This document shows positions 10,214 to 19,677 of a stretch of 64,000 nt of DNA, piece after piece. Every line of letters begins with the position of its first letter. Positions within the stretch are counted from its first letter, which is position 1. Made by a program: the position numbers and the translations under genes. Below the pieces are notes generated by a model. That model worked only from the letters and a program-made list of their open reading frames with translations. It had not been told where the DNA came from and did no database searches. Where the stretch lies: IMG/VR virus record IMGVR_UViG_3300020577_006105, one strand, 5' to 3'. This DNA is from a virus. Lineage: Duplodnaviria; Caudoviricetes.

Positions 10214-10869
10214 TGTTTTCGCCTCAGCAAATCGCTTCTTCCAGCATCTGGATTGATTCCATCTACCTTGTATGAGAACCGATGTAATCCTCGTACTTTT
10301 CCGTGTTGCCTAACAGCAGTTTTATGCACTGGCGATACGTAACCCTTGTGCGCATCGAGATGATACTCTGGATATTGCTCTCCGAGTTCGCTCATTAGAT
10401 TGTCTCTATATGTCTTGGCTATAATTGAGGCGGCCGCCACCACATGTGACAGAGAGTCTGCTTTTGCCATCATAATATGCGGCTCAAGGTCACACTCGGG
10501 CATCTGGTCTAAGACGAACAAATCAACATCCATACTCTGTTGGATTATCTTTCCTGCTTCGTATGATGCCGTTGCATTTGCCCAGGTAAGCCCCTTGCGG
10601 TCAATTGAAGGTGCTTCAATTTGGAACACGGTCCAAGCCAGAGCGACCTCTTTAATTTTCTCAGCAAGTGATTCACGAAGTTGCGCCGATATTTGTTTGC
10701 TGTCTGTCAGTTTTGGAATTACGACATCTTTGGGTAACACCACTGCTCCGACCACAAGTGGTCCCGCCCAGGAACCTCGTCCTACTTCATCTATACCACA
10801 CAAAATATCTCCATATTGCTCGCGGAGTTTTGTGTCATTGGCATAAGCCTCTTCTGGAGTAATTCTCAT
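10210..10869 (-). CDS. rnhB: ribonuclease HII
   Basis: GIDEVGRGSWAGP, DSKQI, KADSLSHVVAAASIIAK.YRD, HKGY and HRFSY. Confidence 0.95.
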   Translation of the reverse strand: MRITPEEAYANDTKLREQYGDILCGIDEVGRGSWAGPLVVGAVVLPKDVVIPKLTDSKQISAQLRESLAEKIKEVALAWTVFQIEAPSIDRKGLTWANATASYEAGKIIQQSMDVDLFVLDQMPECDLEPHIMMAKADSLSHVVAAASIIAKTYRDNLMSELGEQYPEYHLDAHKGYVSPVHKTAVRQHGKVRGLHRFSYKVDGINPDAGRSDLLRRKQ

Positions 10870-12590
10870 CTAATCAACTTCGATGCAAATTCAGACAGTT
10901 CTTTATTGGCCTTCACCATGATTTCTTGACATGATTCATCAAGAGATTCCAGCAACTTGATGTTCTTGTCTTCTTGTGCATCGACTAAAGATTGGAATGC
11001 ATCATCAATTTCTTCTTTGATGCCTTCACTAAGCACGCCCCATGCATCTCTCTTCAGGGCTTCTATTTGGTGTATTCTACCACGAATTTTGTCTTGTGCA
11101 GCGGCGAGGATGAAATACTGTTCATCATCTGCTCGAGACTGCTCTGCCTCATTCATCATTTGCTCAACTTCTTCTGATGTTAAACTTGAACTTCCAGTAA
11201 GTACAACCTTTTGCGCGATTTGGCTCACAAGCTCTTTGGCTTTGACGCTCAAGATTCCGTTGGCATCAACATGGAAACCAACTTCAATTTCAGGAACACC
11301 TCTCGGTTTCTCTGGAATTCCCTCCAGCTTAAACTGACCAAGGAGTTTATTACCATCAGCCTTGAGGCGCTCGCCTTGATAAACCTTGATTGCTACTGAA
11401 TTCTGGTTGTCTTCAGTGGTTGTGAACATCTTGGTGGCCTCTGCTGGAATGGTTGTATTGCGATTTATCATTCGGTCCATAACACCACTTGCTGTTTCAA
11501 TACCCAGGGTCAAAGGGATGACATCAACCAGGAGAATATCGGGCGCAGTTTGACCAGACAGGATAGCGGCTTGTCTGGCTGCGCCAACAGCGACCGCCTC
11601 ATCTGGATTTACGCTCTTATTTGGCTTTTTGCCGGTCCATTGCTCGACCATGGATGCAATGAGGGGTATGCGTGTAGAACCGCCTACAAAGACAACCTCG
11701 TCAATCTGAGAGGCATTTATGCCTGCATCTCTGAGTGCTAGTTCTAGACAAGACTTGGTTTTCATGACAATTGGCTCAATTAGCTGATTGAAAGTTTCTC
11801 TTGTCAGGGTTACCACTGGCATTCCATGAATTGCGATTTTGGTCTGTTGTGTAGAGGTCAGAACTTTTTTAGCAGATTCAGCAGCAGTACGTAATGCAGC
11901 CTCGGAGTCATCATTTGCCACATAATCCTGCCATTGATTTCGACAGTAATCCATAATGACATGGTCAAAATCATCACCGCCCAAGTGCGTGTCGCCGCTT
12001 GTGGACTTTACATTGAACATGCCGTCGCCACTCAACTGTAGTACTGTGATATCAAATGTTCCTCCGCCAAGGTCGTAAACCACAACCGTCTGCCTTTCTT
12101 TTTTGTCGAGACCATAGGCCAGTGCAGCAGATGTTGGTTCGTTGATAACCCGAAGTACTTCAAATCCAGCAATTTCGCCAGCGGTTTTTGTGCTTTGGCG
12201 TTCATCACTGTTGAAATACGCCGGCACAGTAATAACAGCCTTGTCAACCTTGTATCCAAGGTATGCTTCGGCATCGTTCTTGATTTTGGATAAGATAGCC
12301 GCACTAATTTGTTCTGGGCTATACTTCTTGCCGCGCACTTCAACGCGATAATTCGTACCCATGTGTCGCTTGATAGACCTTACGGTGCTGTTAGCATTCA
12401 TGGACTCGCCATCGTGCGCCAGCTTACCAACGATAACTTCGTCGTCGTCCCACACCGCAAAGACAGATGGCGTAAGTCTTTCGCCTTCGGCATTTGGTAT
12501 GATTTCTATGGAACCATCTTCCCTGAGGCACGCTGCAACACTGTTGGTAGTACCAAGGTCGATTCCCAGAGCTTTGATTTTTTTACTCAT
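10866..12590 (-). CDS. dnaK: Hsp70/DnaK chaperone
   Basis: [51 protein letters not shown], linker [22 protein letters not shown]. Confidence 0.97.
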   Translation of the reverse strand: MSKKIKALGIDLGTTNSVAACLREDGSIEIIPNAEGERLTPSVFAVWDDDEVIVGKLAHDGESMNANSTVRSIKRHMGTNYRVEVRGKKYSPEQISAAILSKIKNDAEAYLGYKVDKAVITVPAYFNSDERQSTKTAGEIAGFEVLRVINEPTSAALAYGLDKKERQTVVVYDLGGGTFDITVLQLSGDGMFNVKSTSGDTHLGGDDFDHVIMDYCRNQWQDYVANDDSEAALRTAAESAKKVLTSTQQTKIAIHGMPVVTLTRETFNQLIEPIVMKTKSCLELALRDAGINASQIDEVVFVGGSTRIPLIASMVEQWTGKKPNKSVNPDEAVAVGAARQAAILSGQTAPDILLVDVIPLTLGIETASGVMDRMINRNTTIPAEATKMFTTTEDNQNSVAIKVYQGERLKADGNKLLGQFKLEGIPEKPRGVPEIEVGFHVDANGILSVKAKELVSQIAQKVVLTGSSSLTSEEVEQMMNEAEQSRADDEQYFILAAAQDKIRGRIHQIEALKRDAWGVLSEGIKEEIDDAFQSLVDAQEDKNIKLLESLDESCQEIMVKANKELSEFASKLIR

Positions 12591-12604
12591 GGTGAACTTA
12601 TACT

Positions 12605-12618
12605 GGTTGAATTCAACC
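12605..12618. promoter_or_regulatory. perfect 14-bp palindrome GGTTGAATTCAACC upstream of dnaK (candidate operator or hairpin)
   Basis: Read directly in the 12591-12639 intergenic gap. Confidence 0.35.
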
Positions 12619-12639
12619 GGCTATGTTAATTATGCCAAT

Positions 12640-12993
12640 CTATTCTGAATTGTTGTCGTTATCAAGTATGTTCTTGAGGCTCTCTGGTTTGGATAGTTTT
12701 TTACGGAAGTTGCGCATCTCTTCTACTGTGATAGGTTCGCCTTCTTTCACGGCCTCTTTCAGTGTCTTTGGCAACTTGTTGTAGTATTCATGCGCCATAG
12801 ACATAGGTTGACTTATGACAAATGTGTCAAGACACACTGGGCATCGAAGCACAGCATAGACCTCGATTTCGGACTGCAACATATAACCAAGATGAGACCC
12901 CCTTGTGAACAATCCATCGCAGTTGCGATTGAGACATCTTCGTGGCATACCAGAGATTTTGTGACTTCGCATAATGACCAAACCTATAATCAA
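12640..12993 (-). CDS. small Zn-finger protein
   Basis: C-x4-C (CLNRNC) and CPVC pairs. Confidence 0.6.
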   Translation of the reverse strand: MIIGLVIMRSHKISGMPRRCLNRNCDGLFTRGSHLGYMLQSEIEVYAVLRCPVCLDTFVISQPMSMAHEYYNKLPKTLKEAVKEGEPITVEEMRNFRKKLSKPESLKNILDNDNNSE

Positions 12994-13018
12994 CTTCTAC
13001 AAAAACTCAACCTGCACC

Positions 13019-15706
13019 TTATTGAACTCTGTATACCTTAAATTCTGGTTCAAGTGCATATGCTCTCTTCCTTTTGAGAGAGTGGTCGTGCAAATCATCT
13101 TGCTCGTCTGAAAAATCAATAACAATCGCGTTCTCTTTACCCTCTGCTGGTCTTAGGATTCTTCCAACCTGCTGGAATGTCGTTACAGAAGACCGATTAG
13201 AACCCGCAAGTATCAATGAGTCAATAGCTGGTTCGTCAACACCAACGTTTGCCCATTGTGTTGCAATCAAAATATGTTCACCACGACCGCATCTGGCAAG
13301 CATTTCTAATCTGTAGTTCTCTACTTCTTCTGTAATGGTTTCATTACCACTACCATCATCTTTGCCTGGTACAAAGACCGAATCGTAAACCATTTGCTCG
13401 AGGATTTCACCGTGTTCAAGTCTTTCGACAAGTATGAGGACTTTTCTGCCTGCTGCAAAAAGACCTTCGGCAAACTGTTTGATTCGATAGTTTCTCTCCC
13501 AACAATTCACAACATGCTTGAAGTACGCATCATTGTAGTCTGAATGCGTTTCAATATGCTTGATTTTGACCATGAAGATATACGGTTTTACTAGCCATCC
13601 ATCTCTAATCAAGTCACTGGGGCGAATATTGATAAGAATGCGACCGAATGTGCCCTCAATACGTATCTCTTGGTTGTCCTCTCTCCAGGCCGTGGCTGTG
13701 ACACCAAAGCGGTAATACGATTTGGCTGCGTGCTCTCCAAGTCGCTGAATGACAATTGCAGCCGTGTGCGCCTCGTCTACAATGAAGACAGGCGTGTTTC
13801 TGATGAGTTGCTTGATTTGGCCCTTGTTGATAAGTTGTTGTTCGCGGTTTTTGAGCCGTGTTTGTGCCTTTCTCAACGCTGCCTTAGCTGATTTGACATC
13901 ACCCTTGCTTTCTTCGGCTTGTTTGAGCTTCCTTGTGGCATCATTCACGTCATCAATCAGTTGTGCCTTGGTTTTGCGAACTTGCAATCCAGTGAATTCA
14001 TCATATACAACCTTGTCGCCCTTTGCTGTGTATTTCTCATCAAATGCTTGTAGCGCGGTTTGCCATGTTAGGATATTGATGCCATCTGGATTCAAGTCGC
14101 AAATACTGTCGCCGGCGATACCGATTTTAGTCTTTTCTCCGTCAATTCTAAGGTACTTGTGAAACTCTTTTCTGGTTTGGTGCATCAGTGTTTTTGATGG
14201 CACAATGAACACAACTGGTAGTGCTTTGAGTTGCGCTATCAATTCGGCGGAAATCATAGTATTGTGTGTTGGAATCAATGTTTCGCCCGCAAGATACAGC
14301 TTACTTGGTGAGTCAACAGTAATGCATCTCACCGGAGTTGAACTGCGTTCATTGATTGATTTAACATACACGCGACCAATAGTCTTTCTTCGTTTGTAGT
14401 TTATTTTTTCAGATTTTCTAGGGAGTAAACACATGATGTAGTTACTTGGTGAAATCTTTATCCTCCATCTACTTCCAACAACTACTTTGTTTAGTTTTGC
14501 ATCTGATTTCTTAGCATTGACCTGGGCACCAAGACTTCTGCACAATTCAACTACATCTTTGGCAAGCCTTTCGTTGCATAATGTGATTTCTATACGACCA
14601 CAAGAGTCAACATGACCGTCTGTGTCTATGATTCCTGCTAAAACATGCTGTCTTGTTGTGATATTCCCTCGTAGATATTGTTCAGGCACATGCTTGTTAT
14701 TCCAAACACCGATTTCGCGCAATTTTTGTCGCATACCCTTGACGTAATAGTCATATTTGCTCACATGCCTAAGAATGAATCCATGTTTGGCAAATGCATC
14801 TATAAAATGAGACTCGGAAGTAGTGAATATGCCAGATTTGGTGCCACCATCGCCAAGCCAGCAACCGAGCAAATATGGGTCTAGCTCTACTTTCGCATCA
14901 ATTGAAGGATATGAAATCACACTTGGTCTGTCGATATAAAACATTGAACGTTTTTCAGTTCTTCTTTTTCGCTTTTTGGTTCTCCAAGTGCTATCGCCTT
15001 CATTGCGCATGTCATTGAGCATTTGCTGAGTGGTTACTGTAATCATTTGAGACTTGTCACTGTATCCAGGGGTAACTTTTACATTCCATAGATGCTCAGC
15101 GTCGGCAGTGATTGTACTACCATCAGAAAACTCAATATCATAACATGTCTGGTTAAACAATACCGAATGAGCGCACAAAACACGAGTCGTATTTCCATTA
15201 TCATCAAATACAATATCTCCCGTTTCGATTTCACCCATGGTGACCCATCCTCGATTTGCGGTCAAAATTGGAGTATTGATACACAGAGCTTTTCCGCCCC
15301 CGGTGGCGACTGATAACACACCTCGGCCGCGTGCCTTCGCAGCCTCAATGACCAATTCTTGATATGGTCTTAGGGTTCTTTTGTGCTCTTCAAACGCAGT
15401 TGTTACAAGTTTGTCCGTTTCTGGTTTTTCGCGTTTGTTTTCTATTACAAACTCAACATGTCGGTCTTGTAATACTTGCTTAACTCGAAACAACAATCCA
15501 GTTGGGAAAGATTTATCCCTCTTGTTGTATAGGGAAATCTTTCCATCCCAAGTACCCTCTTTGTACTTTTCAGACCACTCAGCACCGCTGACTTGATATG
15601 CCAAGGCATTGCGAAGCTCTTCTCTAATCTCATTAGAGACTTCGTAATCAGTGTGGAAATTCCCAAGTATGTTTGATACTGCGTTGTCTAGGACTATACG
15701 AACCAT
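13019..15706 (-). CDS. superfamily 2 DExH helicase (UvsW/XPB-like), intein-containing
   Basis: Q-motif LRPYQ, Walker A ATGGGK|T split by an intein, DEAH, TAT (motif III), QQVGRILR (motif VI). Confidence 0.92.
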   Translation of the reverse strand: MVRIVLDNAVSNILGNFHTDYEVSNEIREELRNALAYQVSGAEWSEKYKEGTWDGKISLYNKRDKSFPTGLLFRVKQVLQDRHVEFVIENKREKPETDKLVTTAFEEHKRTLRPYQELVIEAAKARGRGVLSVATGGGKALCINTPILTANRGWVTMGEIETGDIVFDDNGNTTRVLCAHSVLFNQTCYDIEFSDGSTITADAEHLWNVKVTPGYSDKSQMITVTTQQMLNDMRNEGDSTWRTKKRKRRTEKRSMFYIDRPSVISYPSIDAKVELDPYLLGCWLGDGGTKSGIFTTSESHFIDAFAKHGFILRHVSKYDYYVKGMRQKLREIGVWNNKHVPEQYLRGNITTRQHVLAGIIDTDGHVDSCGRIEITLCNERLAKDVVELCRSLGAQVNAKKSDAKLNKVVVGSRWRIKISPSNYIMCLLPRKSEKINYKRRKTIGRVYVKSINERSSTPVRCITVDSPSKLYLAGETLIPTHNTMISAELIAQLKALPVVFIVPSKTLMHQTRKEFHKYLRIDGEKTKIGIAGDSICDLNPDGINILTWQTALQAFDEKYTAKGDKVVYDEFTGLQVRKTKAQLIDDVNDATRKLKQAEESKGDVKSAKAALRKAQTRLKNREQQLINKGQIKQLIRNTPVFIVDEAHTAAIVIQRLGEHAAKSYYRFGVTATAWREDNQEIRIEGTFGRILINIRPSDLIRDGWLVKPYIFMVKIKHIETHSDYNDAYFKHVVNCWERNYRIKQFAEGLFAAGRKVLILVERLEHGEILEQMVYDSVFVPGKDDGSGNETITEEVENYRLEMLARCGRGEHILIATQWANVGVDEPAIDSLILAGSNRSSVTTFQQVGRILRPAEGKENAIVIDFSDEQDDLHDHSLKRKRAYALEPEFKVYRVQ
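14261..15289 (-). mobile_element. class 3 intein (343 aa) with LAGLIDADG homing endonuclease, inserted in the helicase P-loop
   Basis: Begins with Ala (ALCINTPI); block B TADAEHLW, block F VRCITVD, block G IPTHN|T, giving the W-C-T triplet; LAGLIDADG motifs YLLGCWLGDG and VLAGIIDTDG. Confidence 0.92.
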
Positions 15707-15739
15707 AATACAGGCAATGCCTTATTGTATTATCGCACC

Positions 15740-16195
15740 CTAGAGTTCACACGGGCACGGCAAAACCGGCAGTTTATAGTTATCCTCGTCGTCACTCGTT
15801 GCTACAACCTCGCCATCCTTGCTCCTTTGTTGGTTCATTGTTACAAGAATTTTGGCCAGCTCGCGCTCTTCATCATCACTCAAAACTATTTCATTTCTCA
15901 TCCTGGTGATGAAATAGTTTTCACTATATGTTTTGGACTTGCTGTTGGCGGTTTGTTCTGTTTCTTTGACAATTTCATTCCATAACTCAAGTACCTGCTT
16001 GCTTTTTTCAGCGCCAAGTGAGGACTCGAGTTGGCCTTGTAATACATTCATCAGCATTTTGGCATACTGCCGAGTCTTTTTGTTGGCCAGTATGAACTTG
16101 AATAAGAATGTGGCAAACAGCAACGCAATTGGTGGCACAACGTATGGTGCCGCCAATGAGAGATACTGCTTGGCTACTTCAGACCATTCGCTCAT
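15740..16195 (-). CDS. hypothetical single-pass membrane protein
   Basis: Hydrophobic segment YVVPPIALLFATFLFKFIL followed by NKKTR. Confidence 0.6.
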   Translation of the reverse strand: MSEWSEVAKQYLSLAAPYVVPPIALLFATFLFKFILANKKTRQYAKMLMNVLQGQLESSLGAEKSKQVLELWNEIVKETEQTANSKSKTYSENYFITRMRNEIVLSDDEERELAKILVTMNQQRSKDGEVVATSDDEDNYKLPVLPCPCEL

Positions 16196-16380
16196 TGTTC
16201 TTTCGATTCAGGCTCTTCTTCGATGGATGTCGCTGGTGTTGCGACTTCTTCTTCAATGACTTCTACTGCTTCCTCGACATCTGCTGGGGTGATAGTAGTT
16301 GCAATCACTTCTTTACCATTCTTAGATTGAGTGTAAATAGATTCCACTCGGCCACCTGGTACTGTTCTCTTCATGCTCAT
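16192..16380 (-). CDS. small acidic hypothetical protein
   Basis: 62-aa ORF filling the gap between dnaJ and the next gene, with an ATGA stop/start overlap. Confidence 0.5.
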   Translation of the reverse strand: MSMKRTVPGGRVESIYTQSKNGKEVIATTITPADVEEAVEVIEEEVATPATSIEEEPESKEQ

Positions 16381-16385
16381 TTTGT

Positions 16386-17450
16386 TTATTTCTCCGGCGC
16401 ATTCTCGTTGGTTGTCAAATATGCATTCAGCGCTGCTTCTTGCGCATCTGACAACTTGTCAGGCATCTTATACACGACTACGATATTTGCGTCATGTCGT
16501 TTACCGCTCATATCGCACAAACCTTTGTGTTTTAACACGATACGAGTGTTTGGTTCTGTCATCTTAGGAATATCTATTATCAATTCCTCTTTTGGCTTCA
16601 AGCCATTGGCTTTTACCTTACATCCAAGCATGGCTCTTATAGGGTCTACAAGCAGTTCATAGTTGGCTGTATACCCGTCAAATTTACAATGCCTGCTGAC
16701 AGGCACGACTACGATGACTAAATCACCTGGTGGTGCTGATAGTGTTTCTTGATGGCCTTGTTCGGATACAACCATACTACCGAATGCACAATTAGCCGGC
16801 ATTTTGAGAGAGATTTCTTCGTTTGATGTCTTGAGTCCAATTCCATCACATGATTTGCAATTTGAATCGTAGGTTTGACCTTTGCCTCTGCATTTATCAC
16901 ATACACCTCGCTCTTGTATTACCATGTTGCCCGCCCTTCTTACTTGCGTTCTATATCCAACACCCTGACATTCGTTGCAGATTGTTATGTTGCCAGCACC
17001 ACCGCTTCCAGAGCAATCTCGACACGCAGACACTTTTTGATACTTGATGTGTGCGTCATGTTCTGAGAACAGTTTTGATGCATTGACCTCATAATGCACT
17101 ACAACATTCGGATTTCTGACTTGTGGTTGATGGAAGTTAAACCCAAATCCATTCATAAAGTCGAATGGATTTCCAGCCCCGTCCCATTCGTGCCTGCCAG
17201 TACGAGAATAAATCGGTTCTCCGCTGGAGTCAATTACCCCGTTGTCAAAATCCCTGCGCTTTTCAGGGTCGGTTAAGAGCGCATAAGCAGCTCCAATTTC
17301 TTTGAATTTCTCTTCTGCCTCAGTGTTGTTTGGGTTGACGTCTGGATGATATTGCCTCGCGAGCTTGCGATAGGCAGATTGGATTTCCTTGGCCGAAGCT
17401 GTCTTGCTTACTCCAAGTATCTCATATGGAGATTTTGTTTGGCCACTCAT
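16386..17450 (-). CDS. dnaJ: DnaJ chaperone (class A)
   Basis: J domain with YHPD, short G/F region, four CxxCxGxG repeats, C-terminal domain (PGDL). Confidence 0.96.
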   Translation of the reverse strand: MSGQTKSPYEILGVSKTASAKEIQSAYRKLARQYHPDVNPNNTEAEEKFKEIGAAYALLTDPEKRRDFDNGVIDSSGEPIYSRTGRHEWDGAGNPFDFMNGFGFNFHQPQVRNPNVVVHYEVNASKLFSEHDAHIKYQKVSACRDCSGSGGAGNITICNECQGVGYRTQVRRAGNMVIQERGVCDKCRGKGQTYDSNCKSCDGIGLKTSNEEISLKMPANCAFGSMVVSEQGHQETLSAPPGDLVIVVVPVSRHCKFDGYTANYELLVDPIRAMLGCKVKANGLKPKEELIIDIPKMTEPNTRIVLKHKGLCDMSGKRHDANIVVVYKMPDKLSDAQEAALNAYLTTNENAPEK

Positions 17451-17465
17451 AATGATATGATACCA

Positions 17466-18131
17466 TTATCGAGACATTGAGTGTATAGCATCGGCAACAA
17501 TAGACACCAGCTTGTTACTTGGCTGTACACTGTTGAGGCCGACAAGCAATGGTGTTTGCCCGGTTCTGTCAAGAATTCCCAGAACCATTCCAATGAGCTT
17601 TCCGTCTTGGTTTAAGACCATCCCGCCACTTGAACCAGGCAGAAGGTCAATATCAATGAGAATCAAGTCGTTCCATGCTGGCGAATTCTCATCTATCTCT
17701 GGTGATTGGTGAATGTTTGTGACTCTGCCAACCGTACTTGTATCGTGAAACCCTTCCGGGGAAGCAATTACTGCTATCATATCCCCTCGCTCGACCTCAT
17801 TGCTGTTTCCGAACTCTATCTTTCCAATGTGTTCTTTGATTTTTGGCAAATAGACAATAGCTATGTCCAATTCGGGATTGGATGAAATCATTTTAGCCGG
17901 ATACATTGATATGCCATCGAATGTAACATTGATAGACACTGAAGGAGAGTACTCACCAATCACATGAGCAGCCGTCACAATCAATCCATGCCCGACGTGA
18001 AACCCGCTTCCTGTGGCGTATTCTTTTGGCGTAACAACAGACACAGTACACGAAGCCTGTTGCCCAATGCGAATTACTTCTCGCATTGGGTCTTCGTTTT
18101 TGTACTGGGCGTATCTGTTGATTCTATGCAT
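17466..18131 (-). CDS. trypsin-like serine protease (S1C/HtrA-like protease domain, no PDZ)
   Basis: GSGF, TAAHVI (His), DIA (Asp), PGSSGG (Ser); N-terminal NRYAQ motif. Confidence 0.9.
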   Translation of the reverse strand: MHRINRYAQYKNEDPMREVIRIGQQASCTVSVVTPKEYATGSGFHVGHGLIVTAAHVIGEYSPSVSINVTFDGISMYPAKMISSNPELDIAIVYLPKIKEHIGKIEFGNSNEVERGDMIAVIASPEGFHDTSTVGRVTNIHQSPEIDENSPAWNDLILIDIDLLPGSSGGMVLNQDGKLIGMVLGILDRTGQTPLLVGLNSVQPSNKLVSIVADAIHSMSR

Positions 18132-18687
18132 GTTTATGATTGAAGTTTACAGGCGGCGGTGTTTTTCTTTGGTTCACAACTGATGGATACCAAAATGTCT
18201 CCGGTGTTTCTGTATAGTTCATTACTCCTATGATATCTTTTACATCAACAAGTCCAATATACCCAGAACCTAAACTAATATTGTTGGGTGCATCGCCCTC
18301 AACCCATATGTAATCCAGTGGTATGCTTATCCATTCATGCGACAGATTAAGCCATACGTATTCCATCGACACAATAGATGCATAGAACTGTCCATCGTTG
18401 ATGCCGTAACACACTGGTATTTCATCACCAGATAGTGCTACGATTCGTTTGATGTATGTTTCATTTTTGATTTTGAAGATGATAACATCTCCGCGTTGTA
18501 ATTGCCTCCCCTTTTTGTTTGCCAAATGCCATGAACCGTTTTTGTAAGTTGGTTCCATAGAGTGACCGTTTATGGTCACAAGCACGAATGGTGAAAAAAA
18601 GTTGAGCCACACAAGTGACAAGATTAAAGATATTGATATAGTGTATACGGTTAGTTTAGTCCACTTTTCGTGTTGAGACACCTTCAT
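18124..18687 (-). CDS. signal peptidase I family (S26) protein
   Basis: N-terminal TM helix, GHSMEPT (catalytic Ser), RGDVIIF, YIKRIVALSGD (catalytic Lys); box E is degenerate (EGDAPNNISLGS). Confidence 0.88.
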   Translation of the reverse strand: MKVSQHEKWTKLTVYTISISLILSLVWLNFFSPFVLVTINGHSMEPTYKNGSWHLANKKGRQLQRGDVIIFKIKNETYIKRIVALSGDEIPVCYGINDGQFYASIVSMEYVWLNLSHEWISIPLDYIWVEGDAPNNISLGSGYIGLVDVKDIIGVMNYTETPETFWYPSVVNQRKTPPPVNFNHKHA

Positions 18688-18729
18688 TTATTTGGTTACC
18701 ATCATTTCTGTTACAGGTGCCAAAGTACA

Positions 18730-19650
18730 TTATTGTTTCCAATTGACGTTGGCAAAATCAGGGATACCAAAGCCTACATCTCCATCCTTGCCGATGTGCC
18801 CTGCACGACCCTTAGGGTCGCATACTGAGTCAAGAGCCTCGAGCATCTTCAGATACCCCTTAATTGGCTCAACCCCGGCAGTATTACGGCTGTGTGATAT
18901 CAATAAAGCACACACACCAGCCACATAGGGCGCCGCTTGACTAGTTCCATTCAAGACAGCATATCCATTGTTCAAACTAGTGGAGTAAATACCCACACCA
19001 GGTGCGCTAACATCGACTGCGGAGTCATGTGAAGAGAAATGTGCCATATTGCCCTGTTGGTCAATGGCGGCAACCGCAATAACTTCGTCGTATCTTGCGG
19101 GATAATTTACAGCAGCGGCGTCGTTCCCTGCCGCAGAAATCACAATGATTCCCTTGGCGGCGGCTTCTTGAATTGCTGCATATAAGCTGGGTGGTGGTGG
19201 CTGAGGAGAACCAAGGCTAAGGTTGATGATATCAGCACCATTTGAAATAGCGTGATGAATTCCCTGCTCAATCCAACCATAGTTTCCACGCGCAGAATCA
19301 TTTAGAACTTTGACTGACATAATTCTGGCTTCTGGCGCAACCCCAATAACACCATTGTCGTTAATTTCTCTAGCCGCAATAATTCCGGCCACGTGTGTTC
19401 CATGTCCCTGTTGGTCTAGAATAGTTTGTGAATCTGTGAAGTTAACTTTGTCGCCAAAAATCGCGCCGTCTAAACACGGATGCGAGGCCACACCGGTGTC
19501 TAATACAGCGACAAGTACGCCTTCACCCTTTGTGTGCTTCTGTGCTTCAGAAATATGCGACATGAAAATGCCCCAATTTTGGGCTTTCTCAATAGACATG
19601 GCCATAATTTCTGGATACATGTCTTCTGGTGTTAGAAAATCAATTAACAT
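18730..19650 (-). CDS. subtilisin-family (S8) serine protease without signal peptide
   Basis: VAVLDTG (Asp), HGTHVAG (His), SAAGN (oxyanion Asn), GTSQAAP (Ser). Confidence 0.95.
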   Translation of the reverse strand: MLIDFLTPEDMYPEIMAMSIEKAQNWGIFMSHISEAQKHTKGEGVLVAVLDTGVASHPCLDGAIFGDKVNFTDSQTILDQQGHGTHVAGIIAAREINDNGVIGVAPEARIMSVKVLNDSARGNYGWIEQGIHHAISNGADIINLSLGSPQPPPPSLYAAIQEAAAKGIIVISAAGNDAAAVNYPARYDEVIAVAAIDQQGNMAHFSSHDSAVDVSAPGVGIYSTSLNNGYAVLNGTSQAAPYVAGVCALLISHSRNTAGVEPIKGYLKMLEALDSVCDPKGRAGHIGKDGDVGFGIPDFANVNWKQ

Positions 19651-19677
19651 ATGTGCCTCATGTCATATATTCGATGA

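Noticed and set aside
3219-19650. Reading the window as a bacterial chromosome because of gyrB/gyrA, rnhB, dnaK, dnaJ and lepB-like genes
   Set aside because: The expected neighbours (dnaA/dnaN/recF, grpE/hrcA, rplS) are absent. The genes are divergent and interleaved with giant virion-type genes, homing endonucleases and an intein.
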